Shown: one piece after another, positions 22,447 to 31,238 of the stretch
How the letters are laid out: each line of letters opens with the position of its first letter
How positions within the stretch are numbered: the first letter of the stretch is position 1
DNA from: a virus
Taxonomy: Duplodnaviria > Caudoviricetes
Length of the DNA: 31,238 nt
Reading direction: 5' to 3' (one strand)
Virus record (IMG/VR): IMGVR_UViG_3300034965_000022
Span: 1 to 31,238 of that record
Program-made: the position numbers and the translations under genes
Notes under the pieces: model-generated
The model's input: only the letters and a program-made list of their open reading frames with translations
What the model was told of the DNA's origin: nothing
Databases searched by the model: none

Positions 22447-22728
22447 TTATTTCTCCTGCCTACCCGATGTTCCCCAGTTTCCTTCCATACCTGCGGCGGA
22501 TGTGGTTCCAGACTCCATCTGCGCGGCAGTTGGAGCCTTTGGAGCCATGGGAGGAAGGTTTGGATTGAAAATCCTCTGAGCCTCTGCCGCTGGCCTGACA
22601 TCGCCAAGGGTTCTGACAAAATGCTTTTCCTTCTTGGATTCGGATTTTGTCATGACTTCCTTGGATGTCTCGTCCTTTGCGACTGTGGGCTTCTTATCAA
22701 GATCAAGAAACTTTTCTATGATGCTCAT
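22447..22728 (-). CDS. Hypothetical protein (93 aa)
   Basis: RBS AAGGAG; stop abuts the next ATG. Confidence 0.65.
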   Translation of the reverse strand: MSIIEKFLDLDKKPTVAKDETSKEVMTKSESKKEKHFVRTLGDVRPAAEAQRIFNPNLPPMAPKAPTAAQMESGTTSAAGMEGNWGTSGRQEK

Positions 22729-22740
22729 CTCTTTTCTCCT

Positions 22741-24936
22741 TTATACAAGCCCGAGTTCTTTGATGTTGTCATATCCGAGTCCATACTTCTCTCCGAGCTT
22801 CTGGAAGAGAATTTGCTTCTTTTCATCCTCGGATGCAGGAAGAGCCATGATGGCGGCTATGTCAGCCTGAATGGTGTTCAGAGTAGTCTTTGACGGAAGG
22901 TCACCTTCGTTGGTGACAAGTGTGGCGATGGAGTCTACGAGATCGGATTGAGCCTTCTTCTTTGCGGCTACACCTTCGGCGTCAAATATGCTTGATCCAA
23001 ACGCTGGCTTGGCGAACGTCTCAGAGATGTTGGCACCAGAGAGCTTCTGTGAGACAGCAAGGTCTCGGAGGAACTTTGCCCTGTCCTTCTTATCTCGGTA
23101 GATGAAGCTTGCTGTCTTGGTAGGCTCAAATCCGTTGGTCTTCTTTGCAACCAACTGGACATACTCATTGAAGTCCATCTGGTCAGCGAAGTTTGCCGCC
23201 CAGTATTCCATCATCTTCTCATTGAGCTTGGATACATAGGCATCACCAAACTTGAACGCCTGTGCGTCCTGAGCCTTCTCCATCTCTGGATCAACTTCAG
23301 CAGTTGGATCAACCTGCTTTGCGGCCTCCTCAAGAGTCAGTGGCTCTCCGGGCTTCTCCTCAGCGAGCTTGCCTGAGATGAACTTTGTAGCCGCCATGGC
23401 TGGCTTCTCTATAGGAAGCTTGGAGATTGCAATACCAGCCTTCTCGGCGGCATCCAAGAACTTGGGGTTATTCAATGCAGATGCGGCCTTGCCAACCAAG
23501 TAGTTTGACACGCCGGGAACAACCTTATTTACCATTCCTCCAACAGCAAGTCCAGCAACAATCTTCATTGCGGCAGGAGTCCATGTTGATGGGTCTTCAG
23601 GATCAAAATCTTTCAATGCGGCAGTTGCACCTGCGCCTCCACCAATGAGCCCAGTCGTGAGCATCTTGGCGGCAGTGTCTGAACCCTGCTTTGCGATGCC
23701 ATTGATAGCCATCTTGTCTCTGGCAACCATGTATCTGAGGGGCTGTATAGCCTTCCAGTCAGCTTTATACGAGTCGTAATTAGGATCAAGTGACAATACA
23801 GCATCGTCGAGCTTGTCCTTGATGGCATTTGCCACATCGCCAGTATCGGATGCGAGCCTATCAGTAGCCTTGTTGGAGAACTTTATCTCTTTCATGAGGT
23901 CTGACTTGATGGCGTTGAGGCTTGCCTTCTTGTCAAGCTTGGCGATCATGCTGTCAACAACCTTCTGTCCCTCGTCACCATGATCCGCTATAAACTGGAC
24001 TACGGCAGGATCATCAAGTATCTGTTGCTTGACATCAGAAATCTTGAAGCCAGAGGCGTCAAATGCTTTTGACAGTTCCTCAAACTTCTTTCCTGTTCCT
24101 TGTATAAATGCCTGAGCCTCATCTGGGTTCAGGATGTCGTTCTTTTTCAGGACTGCCAACGCGGCTCGCTTGATGTCCTCTGCATTGTTGATGGCTCCAC
24201 CAACAGCATTGGTTCCAGTTGCACCAGCGGTGGATCGGATAGTCTTGGCGATATCTCGGCCAGAGATTCCTCGTGCGGCGAGTTCCTTGTCTATCAGAGC
24301 TTCCTCAAATGGCTTTACTGCCGACTCACCCTTGTTAAGTATTCCAGCAGAACGGAGAACGGATGGTACAGCCTTGGATACTCCACCTATGGCTCCACCA
24401 AGTCCTACACCGAGAGCGGCAGAACCGAGATCAGTCTCTCCACCAACGAGTCGTGGTGCAATCTGCTCGGCGGCTCCCAATGCTCCTCGTGCCACTCCTC
24501 CACCTATTCCCTTGAGTTCCTTTGTTCCCTTGATGATATCAGAGGCAGTGTCTGCGCCCTTGGCTATCTTGCTTGCTACACCTGCCGCCTTGGCGAGCTT
24601 TGCGGCTTCAAGTCCTCGGGCACCAATCTTGGCGGCAGTTCCTATACCCTTGGCGAGCAATCCACCAGTTGGTGCAAATGCACCAGCAATGTCACCGACA
24701 GTTGATGCGGTCTTGTTGCGGGCACGAAGAGCCTGAAGCTCCTTGTATGCGTCAGATGATGCGGCCTTTACTATGACATCAGGGATGCCAAAAAGTGCTG
24801 AGTTTACGGCTGAATATCCACCTGCGGCTATGTCTTCCCAGTTGAATGTCTTGTCATCTTGGGCATAAGCGGCTGGATTTGCCTTCCTGTCTGCTTCAAT
24901 TTCGGCAAGTGCCGCATCTTTCTCTGCTTGTGTCAT
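22741..24936 (-). CDS. Large DNA ejection (internal virion) protein
   Basis: Start re-assigned to MTQAEK (RBS AAGGA). Helical and Ala/Gly-rich with glycine-zipper segments; third gene after the nozzle. Confidence 0.65.
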   Translation of the reverse strand: MTQAEKDAALAEIEADRKANPAAYAQDDKTFNWEDIAAGGYSAVNSALFGIPDVIVKAASSDAYKELQALRARNKTASTVGDIAGAFAPTGGLLAKGIGTAAKIGARGLEAAKLAKAAGVASKIAKGADTASDIIKGTKELKGIGGGVARGALGAAEQIAPRLVGGETDLGSAALGVGLGGAIGGVSKAVPSVLRSAGILNKGESAVKPFEEALIDKELAARGISGRDIAKTIRSTAGATGTNAVGGAINNAEDIKRAALAVLKKNDILNPDEAQAFIQGTGKKFEELSKAFDASGFKISDVKQQILDDPAVVQFIADHGDEGQKVVDSMIAKLDKKASLNAIKSDLMKEIKFSNKATDRLASDTGDVANAIKDKLDDAVLSLDPNYDSYKADWKAIQPLRYMVARDKMAINGIAKQGSDTAAKMLTTGLIGGGAGATAALKDFDPEDPSTWTPAAMKIVAGLAVGGMVNKVVPGVSNYLVGKAASALNNPKFLDAAEKAGIAISKLPIEKPAMAATKFISGKLAEEKPGEPLTLEEAAKQVDPTAEVDPEMEKAQDAQAFKFGDAYVSKLNEKMMEYWAANFADQMDFNEYVQLVAKKTNGFEPTKTASFIYRDKKDRAKFLRDLAVSQKLSGANISETFAKPAFGSSIFDAEGVAAKKKAQSDLVDSIATLVTNEGDLPSKTTLNTIQADIAAIMALPASEDEKKQILFQKLGEKYGLGYDNIKELGLV

Positions 24937-24946
24937 GTTTGTTTCC

Positions 24947-26041
24947 TTATTCTGGTATGATGCTGGCAGTTCCAGCAGTTCCACGGGCGGCTCTTGAGGC
25001 ATCAAGTTGCATCTTGGCAATCTTTTCCCTAGCCGTCAGTTCCTCACCACGAGCCGCCTTGTCGGCGATCCTGTTGAGTTCAGCCTGTTGGGCTTCCCAA
25101 GCTCTCTGCTCGGTGATACGCCTCTGATAGGTGGCTTCATCCCGTGCAGTCTTCTCATCCTCAAGCTTCTTTGCCCATTCTTTTTCCTGCTGGTCAAGCT
25201 TTTCCTGATATTTCTGATCCAAAAGCGTAGGCTTGTTGATGCCACCACGCTGGTAGCCAACTGCCTGTATAATCTCTAGGATCGGAACACCATATTTTCC
25301 AGCCAAATCCTTCAGGATATCGCCAAATTTCTTTTTGGAGTCGGTAGCCTTTGGAAGCTCTTCGGATGGAATGGCAGGAATGGTTGGAGATGGCTCGCCA
25401 CGGGAAGCCTCAGCCTCCTCAAACTCCCGAGTTCGGTCTCCATATCCTCGTGCATCTGGCGCAGGGGCAGGTGTAGATGGAGCAGGTTCAGCCTTCTTTT
25501 CTGGCCCATACTTTGCATTAGGTCCAGCAACCCATTTGCCATCTACCAGTGCCCATCCGTTTGCGTCCCATTTTGGCTCTTCCTTGGCAGGAGGAGTATA
25601 CAAGGCAGGATTTTCCTGCCCAGTCTGTCCGGGAGGAGGAAGAGGAACTATGTCGCCAGATGGAGTCTTGGCGGTTCCCGGAAGTGCTGGAAGGTCTGGA
25701 TTAACCTTCATGTCCTCTGGCTTGGCGATGGGAGCCAACACCCAACCAGTCGGTCCTTGAACCCACTGCTGTCCTTCAGGAGCAGGGCCAGTTGGACGAG
25801 CCATGCCCTTTCCCTTGTCTGCGGCAGGAATGGTATCTCCACGGGCGGTGGCATCAGCGGCGGCTTTCTTGACTGCCGCATCATAGTCTGCCTTGGTTGG
25901 AACAGGGATGCTTGACAATGGGTCTTTCGTTGCACCAGCAAGCAGTTTCTTGAGTTCATCAAGCTCTGCGGGAGTAATCTTTCCTGACTGTTGTTTCTTG
26001 ATGAGTTCGGCTACACGAGCACCCTTTTCTGCGTCTGTCAT
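24947..26041 (-). CDS. Putative ejection/internal virion protein (Pro-rich, C-terminal coiled coil)
   Basis: 364 aa between the pilot-like gene and the large ejection gene. Confidence 0.6.
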   Translation of the reverse strand: MTDAEKGARVAELIKKQQSGKITPAELDELKKLLAGATKDPLSSIPVPTKADYDAAVKKAAADATARGDTIPAADKGKGMARPTGPAPEGQQWVQGPTGWVLAPIAKPEDMKVNPDLPALPGTAKTPSGDIVPLPPPGQTGQENPALYTPPAKEEPKWDANGWALVDGKWVAGPNAKYGPEKKAEPAPSTPAPAPDARGYGDRTREFEEAEASRGEPSPTIPAIPSEELPKATDSKKKFGDILKDLAGKYGVPILEIIQAVGYQRGGINKPTLLDQKYQEKLDQQEKEWAKKLEDEKTARDEATYQRRITEQRAWEAQQAELNRIADKAARGEELTAREKIAKMQLDASRAARGTAGTASIIPE

Positions 26042-26042
26042 G

Positions 26043-27203
26043 TTATTTACCTTCCTTGAGGCGGGAGACTTCCTGAGCCAGTTGCACTACCATATTGAGA
26101 AGGGCAGGGGTGAGTTCAGTTGTGTCTATCCTTTTGAGTCCATCCTCGCCCATCTTTACAGCCTGAGAGAGAGGAGTCTTTTCCAAATCCTGTGCTATGA
26201 CGCCAAACTTGTCGCCATCGGTAGCCTTGCCAGAATCCACAATCTCCTTCTTGTACTTGAATGATACTGGGCGAATCTTTTTTGCAATCTCCATGACATC
26301 GAGCGACTTGAGCTTGTCCCGAGAATCCGAGATCAAATCCTTGGCGTTCTCGTCAGATATGGCGGCTTCTGGCTTCTTGGCAAATCCTTCCTTGAGGGCA
26401 GAGCCGAGCTTGACGCCATTAGAATATCCCTTTCCAGCCGTGCTGGATGTATCTACATACTTTGTAAGGTCTTTTGTCTGTGGCATTGGTGCCTCTACTA
26501 TATCAGTCTTGGCTTCCTCGTCTGACACGACTTTGGGGCTATAGGCACTCAAGGTAGCCTTGATCTTGCCAATGTCCCATACATTATCCTTGGATTTCTC
26601 GTCAGATAGTCCAGCCGCCGCACCAGCGATGGTTCCTATGGTGCCCCAAGTATTTGATGCAGTCTGCTGTGCGTTGGCAATCTGTTGCTGTCCAATGTTT
26701 GCCTGTCCAGTAGCCGCACCCAACTGGGTGTTGAGGGCGTTTTGCTGTCGTCCAGCCATCTGGTTTCCCTGTCCAGCGAACTGCTGAGTTGCACCAGCAT
26801 ATTCATTTCGTCCAGACTCAAGTCCCTTTTGATAGGTGTTTGAGTAGATGTCGCCAGCCTGTTGTCCAGCAGTCAATGCCGCCTGTCCCTTATTAAGCCC
26901 ACTTGATCGTGCGGCCCTCAATGCGGCCTGTGTTCCAGCGGTAGACGCGGCAGTTCCAGCCTGTTCAGCCTGTCCCTGTGCGGCTTGGTTTGCCTTCTGC
27001 ATATATTCGCCAGCATTTGCACCCATAGACTGCGAAGCACCAGCGTCATACTGCTGTCCTTGTGCGGCGGCTTGCTCGCCAGAAGCCTTTGCTTGGGCAC
27101 CAACTGCCGAAGTGGCATTGGCACCCTGCTGTGCGAGTTTCTGTCCTTGTTTCTTGGTCTGTGTGCCGAACAACGCCTCTCCGATGTCTGAAAAGAAGCC
27201 CAT
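26043..27203 (-). CDS. Pilot/ejection-like protein with C-terminal Peptidase_S74 (intramolecular chaperone) domain
   Basis: Start re-assigned to MGFFSDIGEALFG (RBS AAGGAG). Gln/Ala/Gly-rich body, then SDxxxK, IRPVSFKYK, FGVIAQDLE and a terminal helix. Confidence 0.8.
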   Translation of the reverse strand: MGFFSDIGEALFGTQTKKQGQKLAQQGANATSAVGAQAKASGEQAAAQGQQYDAGASQSMGANAGEYMQKANQAAQGQAEQAGTAASTAGTQAALRAARSSGLNKGQAALTAGQQAGDIYSNTYQKGLESGRNEYAGATQQFAGQGNQMAGRQQNALNTQLGAATGQANIGQQQIANAQQTASNTWGTIGTIAGAAAGLSDEKSKDNVWDIGKIKATLSAYSPKVVSDEEAKTDIVEAPMPQTKDLTKYVDTSSTAGKGYSNGVKLGSALKEGFAKKPEAAISDENAKDLISDSRDKLKSLDVMEIAKKIRPVSFKYKKEIVDSGKATDGDKFGVIAQDLEKTPLSQAVKMGEDGLKRIDTTELTPALLNMVVQLAQEVSRLKEGK

Positions 27204-27225
27204 GGTATATCTCCTTAGATTATTG

Positions 27226-30200
27226 TTATCGTGATCTGGCCTTGGCGACGACTGCCGCTTCGCCCTTCTTGAACTCAGGAAGCACTGATATGAGCACAAC
27301 CTTGGAGTTTGTGTCCAACTTCAGGCTCGTTCCCAGTGTCCTCTGGAACTGTGGTTGCATCCTCAAGCGAACATAGCCTCCATCGTTGTAGTCAACAGGG
27401 TTCACGTTCCAGTTGACGGTCTGCACATGCGATGAATCCTCATCTATCGTGTAGGAAGTACCATTTACAGCCATCACATCCTTGTTCTCGTTGTATATAG
27501 TTACTACCCATGCGGAAAGTATACTTTTGTCGTTCAAATTGAAGCCGTAATATGGCGTTTGTATACTCAGAGGCACGACAGTTGATCCAGAAAGAGGAGA
27601 ATAGGTGTATTTCCAGTTGTTTGTGTTGTTCGAGATGACTATTCCATCCTTGGTGGAGTAGTATTTGAGCAAAGTCTGTGTGGCCTTCTTCGGATTCTCG
27701 GTTATCACAGAATCTCGCACCCAGATGAATGATGTGTCAGTGTCAAACAGGAGCGTGTTGTCCACAACATTGAACAATCCTGAGTTCACCTTTGGCATCA
27801 TGTTCATCCTCTTGAACTTGTTGAGGTTTCGTCCTCCCGAGAATGTGTATATTGAGTTGTCAAAGTTGGAGAGGAAATAAATCTCTGTTGGGGATGATGC
27901 AATGTATTGGAGTCCAACTGCGCCGCACAAGAGAGTCTTTGAGTTGAAGATGCCGTTTACCTCATCAATAGATGCCGCATAGATGTTGTTGCCATCGAAG
28001 ATGTAGTTCTGTCCAAACAGCACAAATGACGTATAGGTTCCCGTGATGTCATTGCCTATGGAGTATCCATCGTAGGATGGCTTCAGGAAGATGGTCACAC
28101 CTCCGACAGTCGCAGTTCCAAGGCCATAGTCCACACCCAATGAGGTTGGGATGATGGTGGTGGCTACATAGACGGTGTTGACTCGTGTCGAGACGACAAG
28201 CTCTGATCCATCGTTGAGGGTGGAGTAGGAGTAAATGTCGTTGATGAACGTATCAACCGAGTAGTTGCCGACTGATGTAGAGACTACAGGTATTCTGTAG
28301 CCTATGGCGTCTATGTTGGCAGAGGTTGGGCTCACGATCGTCACAAGCTTGTCGCCTGTATCGATCGAGTTGGAATATTTTCCTTGGATATAGGTCGCCA
28401 CCTTGGTGGACACAGATGGAACAGCGGATGAGGTGAAGAGCATTCGGTTGTTGTAGTCTATCGAACCTAGCTCTAGGGTAGATGAGAATGGATCGATGAT
28501 GTTCAATGGCGAGATGGAGTTTAGCTTGTAGATGTTGGTGTCAATCTTCTGTATCCTGTCATCGATAGATGTTCCTATCTTGACTACTACAAACTTGTTG
28601 TTGTACTGGTAGAGAATCTTGTCATCATCCTCGATCATTGGTGTATAGGTGTCGTCAAACTCTCCCACGTTGGTGATGATGGTTCCGAGCGTGTCGGAGG
28701 CCACACCATCCAAGAGAGCTACAGAGAGATACGACTGGACGCCAGAGGTCCAGCCAACCCTAAACTCAAATGGCTTTGATGGGGTCAGGTTCAGGTTGTT
28801 GTTAAGCTTGCCGTAGGCATTTACAAGTGTGTTGGAGTTGGACTGCACAATCTGGTAAAGTCCAGAGGTGGACGCCTGAAACTGCGGGATATAGTTGTAA
28901 ATGTTGGTAGCCGAAGTCGATAGCCTGAAGGTGAAGTCGGAATATCCGAATCCAGCCTGTGACTGCAAGACGTTTCCGTTGCCAAGCGTGTAGACGGCAG
29001 GTGGATAGACGACAGAGCCTGAGAAGCTAATAAAGTCGGTGTATCCGACAAGTCCTGTACACTTGATGTTTGAGGCGTCATATATGTGGCGGGCGGTTGT
29101 GTCTGAGGATGAGACAATATGGCGGGTGAGATTGTTGGATACCTGCGGAATGGCATAGCGGCAGTTGATGGTAGAGATGGCCTTTGTAGAGTTGTCGAGT
29201 GTATACGCCTTGTTTAAGCTATTGCCTGTGAGGTTCACAAGGTACAGTCCATTCTCATATCTGTAGACATACAAATATCCCAAAGAGTTGAAACCTGTCA
29301 AAAGGTTGGCTGTGACAGTTCCTCCATCAGAATAGAACGGGGTGAAGGCACCTGTTGACGACATTGAGTTGACTGCCGAGGCATTTCCTGAGACGACAAA
29401 CTGGTTATTGTAGACAACGATCGACCAGATGTTGTTTGATCCTATCAATGTGGCGTTGTTGGCCACACCTGATCCAGATGTGTATACAGTCTTGTTGGCA
29501 AGGTTGTCGAATGATCCTATCCTTCCGCCTATTCCTCCCACAGCAAGCACATTTCCACTTGGGCAGAATGTGTTGATGGCGTTGGAGCCCAAAAGTGTGG
29601 CGTTGTCGGAGAAGGCTATGTTATTGAAATAATATATCGAAGAATTTGATGTAAGTGCAACTGAAAATAGCAAAACCATATTTAAGCTGGATACGGCGTT
29701 GGATACGGCAAATGAAGACACTGTTGATATAAAAGACCAGCTTGTCGCATTAGTAGATGTAGCAAACTGTGCCGTTGTGCTTGATATTGAAGATATCGCG
29801 GTGTAGACACCATTTAGATATACCACGGAAGCCCAAGAGCCAGCAGGTGCTGGTGTGGTAACAAATGTCCATGATGTTCCGTTTGATGATGTAGCCATGG
29901 CGGCGGTTGTTGATGTAGAATTCGCAAGCGCAAAAAACAAACCATTTGCATATCGTATTCTTGCCCACGCCGCCGCAGGTGCGGATGTGGTGGCAAATGT
30001 CCATGATGATCCATTTGAAGAATATGCCAATCCGGCAGTTGTGCTTGTAGTAAATACCATGGCAACAAAAAAACCATTTCCAAAAGTCATATCTTGCCAT
30101 ATAGACGCAGGTGCGGATGTGGTGGCAAATGTCCATGATGATCCATTTGAAGAATATGCCAATCCAGTATTGGTTGTGGACGAAAAACATTGCGCGACAA

Positions 30201-31238
30201 AAACACTATTGCCAAAGGCGACAGATCGCCAGTTTCCACCCGGAGCAGAAGTAGTCCTAAATGTCCAGTTGATGCCATCTGGACTGGTTGCAATACCAGC
30301 AGTTGTGCTGGTTGTATTTGCTACAGCGACAAATAATCCATTTCCATAGGCAATGGATGACCAAGTTCCACCCGGAGCGGTAGTTGTCCTAAATGTCCAG
30401 TTGATGCCATCTGGACTGGTTGCAATACCAGCAGTTGTGCTGGTTGTACTACATACGGCAACCCAAAGTCCATTTCCATATACAGCAGAAGCAAAATAAC
30501 CCGGAAGATCAGAGATTTTTAGGATCACATTTGAGTTATATTTCCATTCCATTCCAACTTGGTTATAGTTTATCCAAGAATATCCCCCAAACGATCCCAC
30601 CAGTCCACCTGCGCCTCCAACAACCAACTGTCCTTGAAACTGGACCATGGCGTTGATCGCGTTGGCCCCGATGACTGTGCCATTGTTGGTGGGGTAGAGA
30701 GGGGTGGAGGCGGTTGTGTAGATAAGCTTCTGTGAGGTGTCGGATTTTGAGACAGCTATTCCAGCAGTAGTTGAAGCTGTAAAAGCAACAGCTACCCATA
30801 ATCCGTTACCATAGGCAACAGAATACCATGCGCCACCGGGAGTTGTGGTAGTCCTAAATGTCCAGTTGATGCCATCTGGACTGGTTGCAATACCAGCAGT
30901 CGTTGAAATTATAACGGCAACAGCTACCCATAATCCGTTACCATAGGCAACGGAACTCCAACTGCCACCGGGAGCTGTGGTAGTCCTAAATGTCCATGTG
31001 ATGCCATCTGGACTGGTTGCTATACCAGCAGTCGTTGAAACTGTAGCGGCAACAGCTACCCATAATCCGTTGCCATAGGCAACAGATATCCAACTGACAC
31101 CGGGAGCTGTGGTAGTCCTAAATGTCCATGTTATACCATCTGGACTGGTTGCTATACCAGCAGTAGTTGAAGCTGTAAGAGCAACAGCTACCCATAATCC
31201 GTTACCATAGGCAACAGAATGCCATGCGCCACCGGGAG
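27226..31238 (-). CDS. C-terminal part of giant tail (nozzle-position) protein
   Basis: The frame of ORF 27226..30648 stays open up to 31238. The C-terminus (PLSIQTPYY...YVRLRMQPQFQR..G..LKL) resembles the end of podovirus nozzle proteins. Joined length is at least ~1,880 aa. Confidence 0.88.
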   Translation of the reverse strand, partial: PGGAWHSVAYGNGLWVAVALTASTTAGIATSPDGITWTFRTTTAPGVSWISVAYGNGLWVAVAATVSTTAGIATSPDGITWTFRTTTAPGGSWSSVAYGNGLWVAVAVIISTTAGIATSPDGINWTFRTTTTPGGAWYSVAYGNGLWVAVAFTASTTAGIAVSKSDTSQKLIYTTASTPLYPTNNGTVIGANAINAMVQFQGQLVVGGAGGLVGSFGGYSWINYNQVGMEWKYNSNVILKISDLPGYFASAVYGNGLWVAVCSTTSTTAGIATSPDGINWTFRTTTAPGGTWSSIAYGNGLFVAVANTTSTTAGIATSPDGINWTFRTTSAPGGNWRSVAFGNSVFVAQCFSSTTNTGLAYSSNGSSWTFATTSAPASIWQDMTFGNGFFVAMVFTTSTTAGLAYSSNGSSWTFATTSAPAAAWARIRYANGLFFALANSTSTTAAMATSSNGTSWTFVTTPAPAGSWASVVYLNGVYTAISSISSTTAQFATSTNATSWSFISTVSSFAVSNAVSSLNMVLLFSVALTSNSSIYYFNNIAFSDNATLLGSNAINTFCPSGNVLAVGGIGGRIGSFDNLANKTVYTSGSGVANNATLIGSNNIWSIVVYNNQFVVSGNASAVNSMSSTGAFTPFYSDGGTVTANLLTGFNSLGYLYVYRYENGLYLVNLTGNSLNKAYTLDNSTKAISTINCRYAIPQVSNNLTRHIVSSSDTTARHIYDASNIKCTGLVGYTDFISFSGSVVYPPAVYTLGNGNVLQSQAGFGYSDFTFRLSTSATNIYNYIPQFQASTSGLYQIVQSNSNTLVNAYGKLNNNLNLTPSKPFEFRVGWTSGVQSYLSVALLDGVASDTLGTIITNVGEFDDTYTPMIEDDDKILYQYNNKFVVVKIGTSIDDRIQKIDTNIYKLNSISPLNIIDPFSSTLELGSIDYNNRMLFTSSAVPSVSTKVATYIQGKYSNSIDTGDKLVTIVSPTSANIDAIGYRIPVVSTSVGNYSVDTFINDIYSYSTLNDGSELVVSTRVNTVYVATTIIPTSLGVDYGLGTATVGGVTIFLKPSYDGYSIGNDITGTYTSFVLFGQNYIFDGNNIYAASIDEVNGIFNSKTLLCGAVGLQYIASSPTEIYFLSNFDNSIYTFSGGRNLNKFKRMNMMPKVNSGLFNVVDNTLLFDTDTSFIWVRDSVITENPKKATQTLLKYYSTKDGIVISNNTNNWKYTYSPLSGSTVVPLSIQTPYYGFNLNDKSILSAWVVTIYNENKDVMAVNGTSYTIDEDSSHVQTVNWNVNPVDYNDGGYVRLRMQPQFQRTLGTSLKLDTNSKVVLISVLPEFKKGEAAVVAKARSR
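27495..27504 (-). promoter_or_regulatory. GTAACTATAT motif, intragenic copy
   Basis: Exact copy ~290 nt upstream of the ejection-gene cluster. Confidence 0.5.
29640..30485 (-). repeat. 44-aa repeat block 2 (more diverged, ~6-7 units)
   Basis: YGNG.FVA....STTAG.A.S.(D/N)G..WTF.TT.AP units; a 60-bp identity at 29974-30033 and 30106-30165, 132 bp apart. Confidence 0.9.
30752..31238 (-). repeat. 132-bp tandem coding repeats, block 1, right part (4 units)
   Basis: CCCATAATCCGTT at 30795, 30927, 31059 and 31191. Confidence 0.95.

Larger units (their letters stand above)
1..31238 (-). mobile_element. Tailed bacteriophage genome (podovirus-like), apparently complete and circularly permuted
   Basis: Terminase, portal, scaffold, capsid, adaptor, tail, ejection, lysis and replication modules are all present. 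Both window ends lie in the same ORF and the same 132-bp repeat. The ends share CGGGAG, and joining them keeps both reading frame and repeat period. Confidence 0.9.

Noticed and set aside
27198-27217. TAAGGAGATATACCATGGGC resembles the T7/pET RBS-NcoI junction
   Set aside because: The flanks are native phage coding sequence with no tag or T7 promoter, and other genes use similar AAGGAGAT RBSs. This is coincidence, not vector contamination.
30-30656. Numerous plus-strand ORFs and short alternative-frame minus-strand ORFs in the track
   Set aside because: They are shadows of well-supported minus-strand genes, with no RBS or recognisable motifs. Only the 16948/17006 overlap shows coherent features in both frames.
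30752-31238. CRISPR-like array (conserved blocks alternating with variable bits)
   Set aside because: The period is 132 bp, in frame and protein-coding. The variable parts are a few codons, not unique spacers, and there are no cas genes.
1-31238. Alternative genetic code
   Set aside because: Genes tile densely under the standard code, and TAA, TAG and TGA all serve as stops at sensible gene boundaries.

Overview
The window is an apparently complete, circularly permuted ~31.2-kb tailed phage genome with podovirus/P22-like gene order, and every supportable gene lies on the minus strand. Reading right to left, the structural genes are a terminase large subunit with a fused small-terminase-like N-terminus, a free-standing HNH, portal, scaffold, major capsid, head-tail adaptor and a giant nozzle-position tail protein. 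That tail gene is split across the two window ends inside a 132-bp repeat array, and is followed by three ejection-type proteins, fibre/spike genes and a lysis cassette. The early region holds a structured non-coding control stretch, an HTH replication initiator with iterons, two transglutaminase-like lipoproteins, nucleases, two truncated sigma-like proteins and an RHH regulator. No integrase, CI-like repressor, DNA polymerase, reverse transcriptase, tRNA or CRISPR array was recognised. The most unusual signals are: (1) a nested 'propeller-in-propeller' tail protein with hypervariable repeat positions; (2) a 10-bp late-promoter-like motif GTAACTATAT (6 copies) paired with gp55-like sigma fragments; (3) a fully overlapping, opposite-topology coiled-coil gene pair at the spanin position with no lipobox; (4) a dispersed AAAATAAATTTT site; (5) switchable RNA structures upstream of the initiator. 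All protein family calls come from motif recognition by eye; no database search was run.
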